Source: Lytechinus pictus (lineage: Eukaryota). From it: a DNA stretch of 64,000 nt. The DNA lies in the NCBI RefSeq assembly GCF_037042905.1, contig NC_087254.1, positions 19,592,001 through 19,656,000 on the forward strand, read 5' to 3'. Every line of letters starts with the position of its first letter. Position 1 is the stretch's first letter. The notes under the pieces were generated by a model, which saw nothing but the letters and a program-made list of their open reading frames with translations, ran no database searches and was not told the DNA's origin. A program made the translations under genes and the position numbers. This document shows, in pieces, positions 49,485-60,590 of the stretch.

Positions 49485-52400
49485 TTAAAGTTCATCCTTC
49501 TCCTCTGCCTTCTTCTTTGATTCAGACTTTGATGATTTTTTGCTCGACTTCTTTTTATCTTTCTTCTCATCTTTGGCTTCTTCCTTCTTCTCGGCCGGTG
49601 GTTCGTCGACGGCCTCGTCGACAGTCTCGTCAGCAGTCTCTTCTTTACTAGCTTTTGTCGCGGCCAATATTTTTCGTTTGCTCTGCATGGTTAGGAAGGA
49701 AAAACAACTAAAACTGTAAAATCGAACGAGGCGGAGATTGAGAAGGAGGAGGAGCATATACAAAGACAGTAATATACAAATTTACCAAATAGGAAACGGA
49801 GTTCAAATATCTTTCCTTTTTTTTCAATTTTAAAGGAAAGTGTTTTGTCCACCTTTCTGATTCGTGACATTGAAATCCAAAATATCCCCCGACTGAACCT
49901 TTCCTATTATTTTGTCAGTGCGAATTAGACTATATTATACTAACCGGTCCTTCATATTTATTTATTCTGAAATTAGAACGATCGACGCCTCGACAGATAT
50001 CGGTGGTGATCCAACAGAGTTCGATTTCCTGCTCGTCTTCAGGAAGACCATTCATCAGAGCAGCTTTGATCTCGGTTTTATAATTATCTGTAAAGCGAGG
50101 AGGTGGGGGGGGGGGTGGGGGGGTATTTAGGAAAAGAGAGCAAAGATACCAAGTATGTAAAATCGAAAATGTGAATAAGATTATGATGAAGGCACGAGTC
50201 ATTACTATATGCATATCTTAATAGTTGTGGGCCTGAGACGTGTCTTCTATATGATTAGTGAGTTTTAGGCTATACTCTAAATATTTGATTTGATTTGATT
50301 TGAATTATTTTATTTTATTTAAACACGTTAAAAATCCCTCCATACCAATAATATTAGACTTTCGACACTCTTTTAAATGCCTCTCTGATGAGATAGCGAT
50401 TCAACTTTGAGTAGATTGTTTCTATGTAAAAACAAAACATAAAAGACATGAAAGCGAAACTTCGAGGGATAATATAGGCGAAATAAGAATTCCATCGGTT
50501 GATATATGCAAACAGTAATGTCAATTATTGAATCACATTTTTCATATTTTTCTTTATCTTCCTAACTTTCACCAACATTTTTTCGTCGTCGTCATTAACA
50601 TCCCAGTCATAATTATCATCATCATCATCGTCATTATCATATTATCATCATCATCATCGCCGTCGTCATTATCACCACCACCATCATCATCATCATCATC
50701 AATATCATTATTATCATCATCATTATCAACATCATCATCATAATCATCATCATTATCGACATCATCAGCATCACCATCATCAACATCATCAACAACATCA
50801 TCATCATCATATTATCATCATCATCATCATCATCCTTCCCCTCAACATTAACGGTGTCGTCATCAATCCTCTCCTTCCCCCTCCCTCCTCTTAGTTACCC
50901 CCTGATCCGATCCTATATAGCCCTACTAATCCCCGCCCATCTCGTTCTATCTCTCTCCTCATCTTACCTGTCCAATAATCACAAACTTTCTTCATTGTAG
51001 GTGGACTAAACTCGTATTGATTTAACCTCTGTGCCTCACAGATCCCTCGCATTGAATTTGTCACTGTCTTTTCTGTTCTTTTCCCCTTCCCGAGGATCTT
51101 GTTCGTCTCTTTATTCATTCAAACAACAATGGAAAGATCAAATATAGCTTTTAATGATATTTGTTGGATATTCTATTCCTGTTTTTTTTTTCTTTTAGAG
51201 AGTAAATATTTCGTTATTTTCATATATCACACAAGTTCAAATAAGAACTATTTTCATAAACAAACAACAATATAAATCACCTTCCTTGGAAATATATCAT
51301 ACAAGGAAAACCTTTTACTCAGAATAAAACCAGTTATCATAAGTATAATAATCCATACTAAATAAATCGTACTTATATAGCATCGTTTCAATGAAAACAT
51401 TAAAATATAAAATTACGGTAACAAAATTCAAGCTAAATAAGCATCAAACATCAAAATTATGAAGAATCAGAATATGAAAACGTGAATCATGAAATAATTT
51501 ATTTCAGTTGAATATTGTGTACCGTAAATTTTTCTATTTTTTTTTCATTATTATTCATGCTGATGTTGCTGTTGATTATTAATATATTCATTCATTCTAA
51601 AGTTATTTTTTATAAACACACGGTGACAATCATGAACCATAAAAACATATCTTACTCGGCATTCAATGTATTTGCAAAGACATATAGGCCTAGTATATCA
51701 TAAGCCTATTACAATAAAATTAAAATCATCCTCAGCATTTCAATATAACAAGTAACTTTCTTACCTGCTATTACAGCATGACAGCCTTCACAAACAACCT
51801 CTGTAAGTAAAAAAAAAAATAGATTTCTATATTTGAGTCTGTGTAATATCAAAGAAAAAAGATCGAGCCGCAAATTATACAGTGCGTCCCACAAAAAACG
51901 AAACCGAGATTTATCGATGATTTATCATAACTTAATCGCAAATACAATAGACAAATGACCTACCATTTTAAAGCTTAGAATCTCCTCTTTCGTCTGAAAT
52001 TACTTAGATTATTTCATATTCACGCATGAGTGAGCAAAAACAATTTGAAAAGGGGATACCAAAAAGTCACTTGGCGGGCCGTATCTGGGTTTTAAAAAGA
52101 AAACCACATTTTTAAAAGGTTCAATATCTGCTCTTTAATTTGATACCTCAATTACAGAAAATGGTCAAGAAATAACAAAGTTCTGGTTATTTGAAATAAG
52201 GCTTGAATTTCAATAATTTCATAAAATGAAAAGGTTTTACAGGCTAGCGTTCAAACTCACTCGACACTCCGTTTTGTTGATGATCAGCCATGCATTAAGT
52301 CTTTTGTTACCGTGCGATAGCTTCAGTGGGAAACCGGTGAAAACACGTTTATTTAATGAAATTATGGAAATACAAGCATTGTTTCGAGGGATCATAACTT

Positions 52401-53112
52401 TTTTTACTACTTGACCATTTTCTGTGATTTAGGTATCAAAGAAAAGAGAAGATATTGAACTTTTTAGTCATGTGATTTATTTTTTGAAATTCAGATACCC
52501 CCCGCCAAATGAGTTTTTGGCATCCTCTCTTCGAATTGTTTTTGCTCAATCATGCGTGAATGAGGAATAATCTAAGTAATACCAGATGAAAGAGGAGATT
52601 CTAAGCTTTACATTGGTAGGTCATTTGTCTATTTTATATATGATTAAGTTATGATAAATCATCGCTAAATCTCGGTTTCGTTTTTTCTGGGACGCACTGT
52701 AGATGTAGCTCGTTCCCATGTTTACCTCATTTCCACAATTTGCTAATAATCTCGTCTGTTCATCTAATAACATTTTACGATACTTGTTACATCAACTTTA
52801 TAACTCTTTCTCTAAATTAACTCGTTCCAGACCTAATACTAACTAACTTAATTGTTTCCACATGCAAGACTTGACTTCTTCCCTAAAACTGTGAGTTAAA
52901 GTTGTGGTAGAGCTATATAATTTTGTTATGAATTTGTCTATCATACTTTCTATCATACATCTATCATACATTAAAGATTCATTAAATTTTGTTATCGGTT
53001 TCTTACCTTTAGCAAATTTGGTTGGTTTCATCTCACCGTGAACGAAGTCAACAGCCAACAGGATGACGACCAAGGTCGAAAGTAAAGATGGAAGCGAGAA
53101 GCTCATCATCAT
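49485..53112 (-). CDS. Secreted-pathway saposin-B-type (Canopy/Seele-like) protein with C-terminal KDEL, ~207 aa, 5 coding exons
   Basis: Exons: 53007-53112 (signal peptide MMMSFSLPSLLSTLVVILLAVDFVHG), 51765-51800 (EVVCEGCHAVIA), 50968-51108 (..MRGICEAQRLNQYEFSPPTMKKVCDYWT), 49945-50087 (DNYKTEIKAAL..ELCWITTDICRG), 49485-49682 (E/K-rich tail ..AEEKDEL*). GT-AG introns, consistent phases, 624 nt, six Cys in a saposin-like pattern. Confidence 0.85.
50580..50870. repeat. (CAT)n-type microsatellite in an intron
   Basis: Degenerate atc/cat repeats. Confidence 0.9.
51878..52701. mobile_element. Tc1/mariner-type MITE with long TIRs and TA target site duplication
   Basis: ta|cagtgcgtcccacaaaaaacgaaaccgagattta ... 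taaatctcggtttcgttttttctgggacgcactg|ta; imperfect inverted arms extend several hundred bp. Confidence 0.88.
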
Positions 53113-53514
53113 TGTAAATGTTAAGGCTGTATACAGTTAAAAAAAGTTTGAAATTGAAAATGTCTCTTTTAATATAGCAAATTATATCCCGAGACCCGTT
53201 CGACCGTCACAGCTTAATTATTTGGTGAATAACTGTTGTTTAACAACACAGGCTTAATTAATTGTAATGATCGATGAGGGATAATTGATAAATATAATTC
53301 AAAGAGAGGCGAGGCAGAGAAAGATATGAACGGAAGAGCTGGTATGGAAAGGGGAAAAAAGAGGTGAAGAAAGAAAAGAGAGAAAGAAATGGAGATGGAG
53401 GGGGGGGGTGAGAGAAAGAGGAAGCTATAGAGCTGTATGCAGCAGTCGAAAAAAAAGTTCCAGAACTGTTAGTAAGAATGCATGCGAGCTGAAAATTCGT
53501 ACCTGATCGACGTT

Positions 53515-54119
53515 TTAAAGGGGAATCCAACCCAAATAAAAACTTGTCTTTATAAGAAAAAGAAAAATCAGACAAGTTGATAGGTGAAAGTTTGAACAAT
53601 ATTGGACGAACAACAAGAAAGTTATGATTTTTTAAAAGTTGTAAATATTGGTAATCACTATACCCATGGAGACTTCAAATTGGCCGCATATGGGATGTCA
53701 TAGTGATGTAAGGCAAGGACTACTCTTCCATATGTTCTCCAATACATATTATGGCTAAAATGTCATTTTCCCAAAAAGTTTTATTTCAAATTATATTTTT
53801 CTTTCATCATGAGGACATAAAACAATATACCTGGATTATATTTAGATTACTGCCCCAGGGGGATGGGTACTTAGGAGAAAACCACGAATCCCTGATAATA
53901 AAGTACATGGCCTATGGGAAAGTTGTCCTTGCCCCTTGCCATAATTTACTTACCCAGTTGCCAATTTGAAATCTACATACTATTAGTGATCTCAATTTAA
54001 AAGCAGCTATAACTTTCTTATCCCTTCTCCGATTTCTTTCAAACTTTCGCCATTCTGTTTAATTTATTTTTCTCCTTCCCAACACAACATTTTATGTCAA
54101 AGGCTGGATTCCCCTTTAA
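53515..54119. mobile_element. TTAA-flanked MITE (Kolobok-like AG...CT ends)
   Basis: ttaa|aggggaatccaaccc ... ggctggattcccct|ttaa. Confidence 0.8.
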
Positions 54120-54542
54120 TCATTTTCAATTGAATTAATTAATTAACAAAATTAGCTCGCGCGCATTTCGAGCTCGATCGCATTATTTTATTTAATGAGA
54201 GATTTCCTGTAGTATATTACATGTCATTTTTTAACATCTACTCGCGCTTCGCAATCGAATTATTTGCTTAAGAGATTTTTATCCTCTTCCTGAATTCAAA
54301 TGGTGCATAGAATTATTGAGTCGATCCCTTATGCATGCAAGTCAGTATTTCAAAATATTTCAGCCCGCGCGCTTCGCGCTCACATCTTCTTTTAAAAGTA
54401 AATGCTTACATTGTTTCTAGATAAAATCAGTCTTAGGACTAACCTAAATCAGCTTTTAAATGTGCACGGATGACGCCCCCCCCCCCCCTCCCCATCTACA
54501 TCGCTGGATTCGCAGCAGGACGATATCATTTCCCGATGAGTA

Positions 54543-55407
54543 TTTAGGAAATTGGCAAAGCCGATCTCCTAATATTTATATAAAAGTTAGGTCCTACCTT
54601 AATTCTTGCTCGCCAGAAGATAGAATGGGGTCCAGCCGCTCAGATAAATTGCACAAATCCGTGAATAGAAATATATACACTTCACAATTTCAAATACAGT
54701 AGATAAAGGGACAGATGTCACAAAATGTCTCGCGAAGTAATGAGCTCATTAAATATGCAGAGAATATAGACTTCGAATGAGTGGAAGTGACGGTAAGGAA
54801 TAAGATTGGAAAATGCAGAGAAATAATTAAGTATAAGTTGATCCTCCACAAGATTTGATTCAATCCTCACTAGCAGCTGGATGAGATGGTCAGCATGAGT
54901 GGACAGGACGAAGGCAGAGAGTAGAGTGATGATGTGGTAGAGAAAACAAGTTGTTTTTACCAACATCAGAAAAGATGAGACAAAGAAATAAGCGTCAAAA
55001 AGGGAGGCAAAACAAAGTTGAAAAGAACAAAGAAGAGAGAAGCAGACTGTGAGAAAAACAAACATGCCAGCATCTCTGTAGTGATGTTATATACCTGCAA
55101 GTTCATTGCAATAAACAAGGGACAATGAAAGGATGTTTGCTCCAAGTCTAAGAACAAAAGAAAGGTTGTTTCTCAATATAAGAATGTGTTTGCCAAGTAG
55201 ATTTGGACAGAAAATGAGTTGGCTTGCTCTGTGAATGTACAGTATTGTAGTACATACACATGGCGTGAACAAGTGAGAATATATGAAATTGGAAATAAAA
55301 GAAAGAATTTATATACATATACAGAATGTTGAAATATAAATGAAAATATATACAAGGAAAGAATATATAGATGTAGATATATAAAAAGATATAGTCAAGT
55401 CACTACA
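54543..55407 (-). repeat. 3' LTR of the CsRn1-like element
   Basis: Begins TGTAGTGAC on the minus strand, just after the PPT AGGGGGGAG (55412-55420). Confidence 0.9.
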
Positions 55408-55538
55408 GTAGCTCCCCCCTAGATTTGTACCGAATAGAAATGTAGTAACAAATCGACAAGGGAAAGTAAAAGGGAACTTGGCTATATAAAACAAGCAAAT
55501 AAAAGGAGTGGAAACATCAGTGAATTTTGAGAAATGTT

Positions 55539-58500
55539 TCAACCGTCTCCGAAAAATTGAACGTACTTGGCAGGAAACCTGACATGGCGACCAGAACGGG
55601 TCTTACGAATTTCGGGAGGCATATGCTTGTCATCAGGATCCCCTGCCAAGTCCGTGGAGTTGGATTGTTGATGAACTTGGTCGGGTGGATCTTGATGATG
55701 AAATGGAGTGGTAGCCTCCTGCTCGATGAAAGCCGGTTTCAGTCTGTCGACACTGACATTTTCATGTTTACCATTATAATCTATGGTAAAATACTTGTCA
55801 GTGCGACGGATGACTCGGAAGGGTCCTCTGTATGGAGGCTGCAGTGGCTTTTTAACAGCATCATCTCTTAGAAAGATGTGAGATGAAGAATGCAGTTCAG
55901 GATGTACCTGCGTTCGAGTTTGCTGTTTTCTAGTAGGAGTGGGATGTAATTCCCGCATCATTCTCTTTAGTCTGTGGGCATAGTTAGATGGGTCATCGGC
56001 AGAATCAATTTGTGAAGGAGCTACAAACTGTGCAGGTAGAGTGACAGTAGTCCCAAACACAAGTTCTGCAGCAGAGCATCCAATGTCCGCCTTGATTGCT
56101 GTGCGTATACCTAGCAAGACTAAAGGGAGTGACTCAGTCCAACGGACCTTGTTATGAGCTTTGAGAGAGGCTTTAAGTTGGCGATGAAAACGCTCCACTA
56201 AACCATTTGCGGCAGGATGGTATGCTGTTGTGCGGATGCGTTTAGTGCCAAGGAGGTTGGTGAGTGAAAGGAAAAGTGCTGACTCAAATTGCCTACCTTT
56301 GTCTGTTGTGATGGTAGTAGGTGCGCCAAACACTGCTACCCATCTGGCCACAAATGCTCGTGCTACCGTCTCCGCAGTGATGTCTGGGATAGGAATAGCT
56401 TCTGGCCATCTGGTGTAGCGATCAACACAAGTAAGAAGATAATTGTTACCCTCTGATGAAGGAAGCGGGCCAACAAGATCAATGTGCACATGAGAGAAGC
56501 GTGCATCAGGTGAAGTGAAAGTACCAAGTGGTGCTTTGGTGTGCCGATGTACTTTACACTTTTGACATTCGAGGCATGTTTTGGCCCATTTTCTTACATC
56601 AGCGTTGATGCTAGGCCAAACAAAGCGCTCTGTAATGAGCTTTTGAGTAGCTCTGATTCCTGGATGAGAAAGTCCATGAAGGGAATCAAAGATAGCTCTT
56701 CTATGTTTGACTGGTACCAAAGGCCTGGCAGTACCAGTTGATATATCGCACAGAATGGTAGTGGTAGAACCTGGGAGAGCAATTGACTTGAGTTGAAGTG
56801 AGGAGTCTTTCACCTCAGTTTCATCTTCCTGATCTTTTGCAATGGCCGCAAAGTCTATGATTGAGGAAGAATCAACTCTGTCAATATACAGACGAGAGAG
56901 GGCGTCTGCTGCTGTGTTCTCCTTACCTGAAATGTGCTGTATATCAGAAGTGAACTGTGAAATGAAATCGAGTTGTCGGATTTCACGTGGCGAATGCCTA
57001 TCCGGTTTCGATTTGAGTGCATGTGTAAGAGGTTTGTGGTCAGTGTAGATAGTAAATGACCTACCTTCAAGAAGATGGCGAAAGTGCTTGATACCCAGAT
57101 ATGCTGCAAGCAACTCCCTACCAAAAGTGCTGTATTTGGTTTCAGCGGGTTGTAACCTCTTAGAGAAGAAAGCCAGAGGTTGCCAAACTCCATCTACTCG
57201 TTGTTGGATAGCTCCCCCAACTCCGACGTCAGAAGCGTCGACTAGTAGGCACAAGGGAACATCAGTGCGAGGGTGCACAAGAACAGTAGAGTTAGCCAAT
57301 TGATCTTTAGCATGATTGAAAGCAAGAAGCTCTTTCTCTCCAAGATCAATTGGCATGTTCTTTTTTGTTCTGTTTTTCAACAGATCAGTCAGTGGTTGCA
57401 GCACCTCTGCACAACGAGGAATGAATCGCCTGTAGAAGTTTATCAATCCCAGGAATTCTCGAAGTTTGGTGAGTGACGTAGGCGCGGGAAAATCACGGAT
57501 GATTTTCACTTTGTCGCTAAGAGGGCGGATTCCGGTGTTGTCCACCATATGTCCGAGAAAAGATAGCGATGAAGCACCAAACTGACATTTCGAGGGATTG
57601 ACGATGATGCCATACTCCTGCAGGCGATCGAAAAGCTGACGGAGATGTGTCACATGTTCATCCTTAGAGGAACTGGCTACCAGTATATCATCCAGATAAA
57701 CATAGACAAATGGGAGGCCGCGAATGACGGTGTCCATCAATCGCTGGAATGTTTGTGCTGCATTCCTAAGGCCGAATGGCATTCGAACAAATTCGAATAA
57801 GCCGAATGGAGTGGTCACGGCAGTCTTGTGAATGTCGCTAGGCTCGACTGGGATCTGATGATATGCCCTAACGAGATCAATTTTAGAAAAAATTGTCTTA
57901 CCTGCAAGAGTTAAAGAGAAATCTTGCAAGTGTGGGATAGGGTATCGATCCGGGACTGTGCGAGCGTTGAGCAAGCGATAATCACCACAAGGCCGCCAGT
58001 CCCCTGGCGTTTTCTTGGGAACCATGTGCAATGGACTTGACCAGTTGCTCTCAGATTGTCGGATAATGCCAAGTTCAAGCATGTGCTCGAACTCTGCCTG
58101 GGCAATTCTCTGACGATCTGGGGCAAGTCGACGAGGGCGCGCTGCCGCGGGCGGGCCTCGAGTTGGGATGTGATGCGTGGTAGTATGTTTCACTTCTGAG
58201 TGCTTGTAAACCGGTCGTGTGATATCCGGATACTGACGGAGAATGGAGTGAAATCGCTCCGATATGTCATGTTGAACATACATCGGGCTAATAGTACCTG
58301 TAAATGAACCACATCCCTGGACTGTTAGAGTGGTTTTGGTGTCTATCAATCGGCGGTGTTTGATATCCACCAACAGTCCAAATTGGTCAAGAAAATCGGC
58401 ACCCAAAATCGGCGTAGGTATGTCTGTCACAACAAATATCCAGCGGAAAACACGCCGTAAACCGAGATCAAGTGTGAAAGACTTTTGTCCGAGAGTCTTG

Positions 58501-58712
58501 ATTGGTGATCGATTTACAGCCTGTAGTTGGATATTTGTCGCGTCAACCCTAGCCGGTTTTCCCAATTTTGAATGAGGGAAAATGCTCACCTCAGCACCTG
58601 TGTCGACGAGATAGCGTGTACCAGTGTACTTATCGTTGACAAAGAAAAGGCGACTGGGTTGGGTGCTGCCAAGGGGGTTAGTCGCCGCTATTCCTTGGCG
58701 GGGTCGTTTCCC
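55539..58712 (-). CDS. Pol polyprotein (protease-RT-RNase H-integrase with GPY/F module), expressed by -1 frameshift from gag
   Basis: LVDTGAEVS; [23 protein letters not shown]; RNase H DAS/ELLA/TDH/ADALSR; integrase H..SHPG..C..C, HIDLVGP, TTDKG, VERFH; PYRGPF. No in-frame ATG at the start; overlaps the gag end in the -1 frame. Confidence 0.93.
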   Translation of the reverse strand, partial: GKRPRQGIAATNPLGSTQPSRLFFVNDKYTGTRYLVDTGAEVSIFPHSKLGKPARVDATNIQLQAVNRSPIKTLGQKSFTLDLGLRRVFRWIFVVTDIPTPILGADFLDQFGLLVDIKHRRLIDTKTTLTVQGCGSFTGTISPMYVQHDISERFHSILRQYPDITRPVYKHSEVKHTTTHHIPTRGPPAAARPRRLAPDRQRIAQAEFEHMLELGIIRQSESNWSSPLHMVPKKTPGDWRPCGDYRLLNARTVPDRYPIPHLQDFSLTLAGKTIFSKIDLVRAYHQIPVEPSDIHKTAVTTPFGLFEFVRMPFGLRNAAQTFQRLMDTVIRGLPFVYVYLDDILVASSSKDEHVTHLRQLFDRLQEYGIIVNPSKCQFGASSLSFLGHMVDNTGIRPLSDKVKIIRDFPAPTSLTKLREFLGLINFYRRFIPRCAEVLQPLTDLLKNRTKKNMPIDLGEKELLAFNHAKDQLANSTVLVHPRTDVPLCLLVDASDVGVGGAIQQRVDGVWQPLAFFSKRLQPAETKYSTFGRELLAAYLGIKHFRHLLEGRSFTIYTDHKPLTHALKSKPDRHSPREIRQLDFISQFTSDIQHISGKENTAADALSRLYIDRVDSSSIIDFAAIAKDQEDETEVKDSSLQLKSIALPGSTTTILCDISTGTARPLVPVKHRRAIFDSLHGLSHPGIRATQKLITERFVWPSINADVRKWAKTCLECQKCKVHRHTKAPLGTFTSPDARFSHVHIDLVGPLPSSEGNNYLLTCVDRYTRWPEAIPIPDITAETVARAFVARWVAVFGAPTTITTDKGRQFESALFLSLTNLLGTKRIRTTAYHPAANGLVERFHRQLKASLKAHNKVRWTESLPLVLLGIRTAIKADIGCSAAELVFGTTVTLPAQFVAPSQIDSADDPSNYAHRLKRMMRELHPTPTRKQQTRTQVHPELHSSSHIFLRDDAVKKPLQPPYRGPFRVIRRTDKYFTIDYNGKHENVSVDRLKPAFIEQEATTPFHHQDPPDQVHQQSNSTDLAGDPDDKHMPPEIRKTRSGRHVRFPAKYVQFFGDG
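58649..58712 (-). promoter_or_regulatory. -1 programmed ribosomal frameshift signal: G GGA AAC plus H-type pseudoknot
   Basis: Minus strand reads GGGAAAC-GACCCC-[GCCAAGG]-AATAGC-{GGCGACT}-AACCC-[CCTTGGC]-AGCACCCAACCC-{AGTCGCC}: two interleaved perfect 7-bp stems. The heptamer is in the gag reading frame. Confidence 0.88.
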
Positions 58713-59584
58713 TGGGCCTGTCCTGCTGAGAAAGAGCAAGGACTAATGCACTTTTGAGCACTGCTCCCATATTTCCAGTGATACCAGCACTGGGCACCTG
58801 CATGCTGTTCACTGCGATGCGGGCTGCGCGAAACTGATTGTGGGCGCTTAATCGAGTCCTTCGACTTGCGCTGTCGACTGCGACCTCTCTCGCGGTTATC
58901 CAGCATGGAGCAGGTTAATGCTCGAACTTGCATTGTGAGCTGGTCCACCTGTGCAGAGAGCTGGTCGACTTTAGTTTCGTGCGTGGGGAGTGGAGGGGGT
59001 TGTGATGGCGCCAACTTAGATTGAATGTTGGATATAGTTGGGCCGGCAACTTCAACAATTTTGTCCGCAAGCGCCGCTAAGTCCACCAAACTCACCCCAT
59101 CGCTTGATGCGGCTAGGATGACCTGCACGTTGGTGGGCAAGCGTTGCAAAAATAATTGCCGAAAAATTGAATCCTCCATTGTGCTCGTCCCCATCAATTG
59201 CTGCATCCGCCGGAGGAGTTGCGACGGCGACTTGTCTCCGAGCTCCTCTCCTGACAGCAGCCGATTGAGGCGCGTCTGCTCGGAGACGGTCGTTCGCTTG
59301 ACCAGTGCAGCTTTTAATTTTTGATAGGGGTTGTCACCCGGGATAGCAGTAATGATATCCCTCACCTCCATAGCTACCTCTTGTTGTAGTGAGGCAACTA
59401 CATAATTGAATTTAGTGATTTCGGCGGTAATACCCTTTGTGTGAAATTGGGCCTCCACCTGAACGAACCAAATTTCTGGGTCATTTGCCCAGAATGGTGG
59501 GAGCTTAATGCTCACCGGAGCAATAGAGGGTGATACTGGAGAAAGATTAGATTCAGGAGTAGAGGAAACATTAGGAGTAGTCAT
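58688..59584 (-). CDS. Gag protein, CsRn1-type, 298 aa
   Basis: [23 protein letters not shown]-terminal motif, [13 protein letters not shown], and a CHCC finger CWYH-x9-C-x3-C. Confidence 0.92.
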   Translation of the reverse strand: MTTPNVSSTPESNLSPVSPSIAPVSIKLPPFWANDPEIWFVQVEAQFHTKGITAEITKFNYVVASLQQEVAMEVRDIITAIPGDNPYQKLKAALVKRTTVSEQTRLNRLLSGEELGDKSPSQLLRRMQQLMGTSTMEDSIFRQLFLQRLPTNVQVILAASSDGVSLVDLAALADKIVEVAGPTISNIQSKLAPSQPPPLPTHETKVDQLSAQVDQLTMQVRALTCSMLDNRERGRSRQRKSKDSIKRPQSVSRSPHRSEQHAGAQCWYHWKYGSSAQKCISPCSFSAGQAQGNDPAKE

Positions 59585-59705
59585 GTTGTAGAGTAAAGAA
59601 AAAAAATTGAGAAGTAGAAAGGAAACAAAAATAGTGAAGTGAGAAGCAAAAATAGCGAAGTGAGAGAAATGAATAAAGGGCGATAAAAGAAAATTAAGGA
59701 TTCAG

Positions 59706-59724
59706 AATCACGTCGGGGTCACCA
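59706..59724 (-). other. Primer-binding site complementary to tRNA-Trp
   Basis: Minus strand TGGTGACCCCGACGTGATT is complementary to the tRNA-Trp 3' end AATCACGTCGGGGTCA-CCA. Confidence 0.92.
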
Positions 59725-59725
59725 G

Positions 59726-60590
59726 TTTAGGAAATTGGCAAAGCCGATCTCCTAATATTTATATAAAAGTTAGGTCCTACCTTAATTCTTGCTCGCCAGA
59801 AGATAGAATGGGGTCCAGCCGCTCAGATAAATTGCACAAATCCGTGAATAGAAATATATACACTTCACAATTTCAAATACAGTAGATAAAGGGACAGATG
59901 TCACAAAATGTCTCGCGAAGTAATGAGCTCATTAAATATGCAGAGAATATAGACTTCGAATGAGTGGAAGTGACGGTAAGGAATAAGATTGGAAAATGCA
60001 GAGAAATAATTAAGTATAAGTTGATCCTCCACAAGATTTGATTCAATCCTCACTAGCAGCTGGATGAGATGGTCAGCATGAGTGGACAGGACGAAGGCAG
60101 AGAGTAGAGTGATGATGTGGTAGAGAAAACAAGTTGTTTTTACCAACATCAGAAAAGATGAGACAAAGAAATAAGCGTCAAAAAGGGAGGCAAAACAAAG
60201 TTGAAAAGAACAAAGAAGAGAGAAGCAGACTGTGAGAAAAACAAACATGCCAGCATCTCTGTAGTGATGTTATATACCTGCAAGTTCATTGCAATAAACA
60301 AGGGACAATGAAAGGATGTTTGCTCCAAGTCTAAGAACAAAAGAAAGGTTGTTTCTCAATATAAGAATGTGTTTGCCAAGTAGATTTGGACAGAAAATGA
60401 GTTGGCTTGCTCTGTGAATGTACAGTATTGTAGTACATACACATGGCGTGAACAAGTGAGAATATATGAAATTGGAAATAAAAGAAAGAATTTATATACA
60501 TATACAGAATGTTGAAATATAAATGAAAATATATAAAAGGAAAGAATATATAGATGTAGATATATAAAAAGATATAGTCAAGTCACTACA
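59726..60590 (-). repeat. 5' LTR of the CsRn1-like element
   Basis: TGTAGTGAC...TTTCCTAAA, then 1 nt, then the PBS. Candidate TATA box (TATATAA) at ~60270-60276. Confidence 0.9.

Larger units (their letters stand above)
54543..60590 (-). mobile_element. Full-length, young CsRn1-clade Ty3/Gypsy LTR retrotransposon
   Basis: 865-bp LTRs at 54543-55407 and 59726-60590 (one substitution spotted). TSD agta at 54539-54542 and 60591-60594. tRNA-Trp PBS, PPT, CHCC-type Gag and intact pol. Confidence 0.95.

Noticed and set aside
54718-55065. Hydrophobic 115-aa ORF in the CsRn1 LTR (copy at 59901-60248) as an env-like or accessory gene
   Set aside because: The Phe/Leu/Ser richness follows from the pyrimidine-rich LTR strand. 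The ATG is only ~20 nt after the candidate TATA box, so probably upstream of the TSS, and there are no env motifs.
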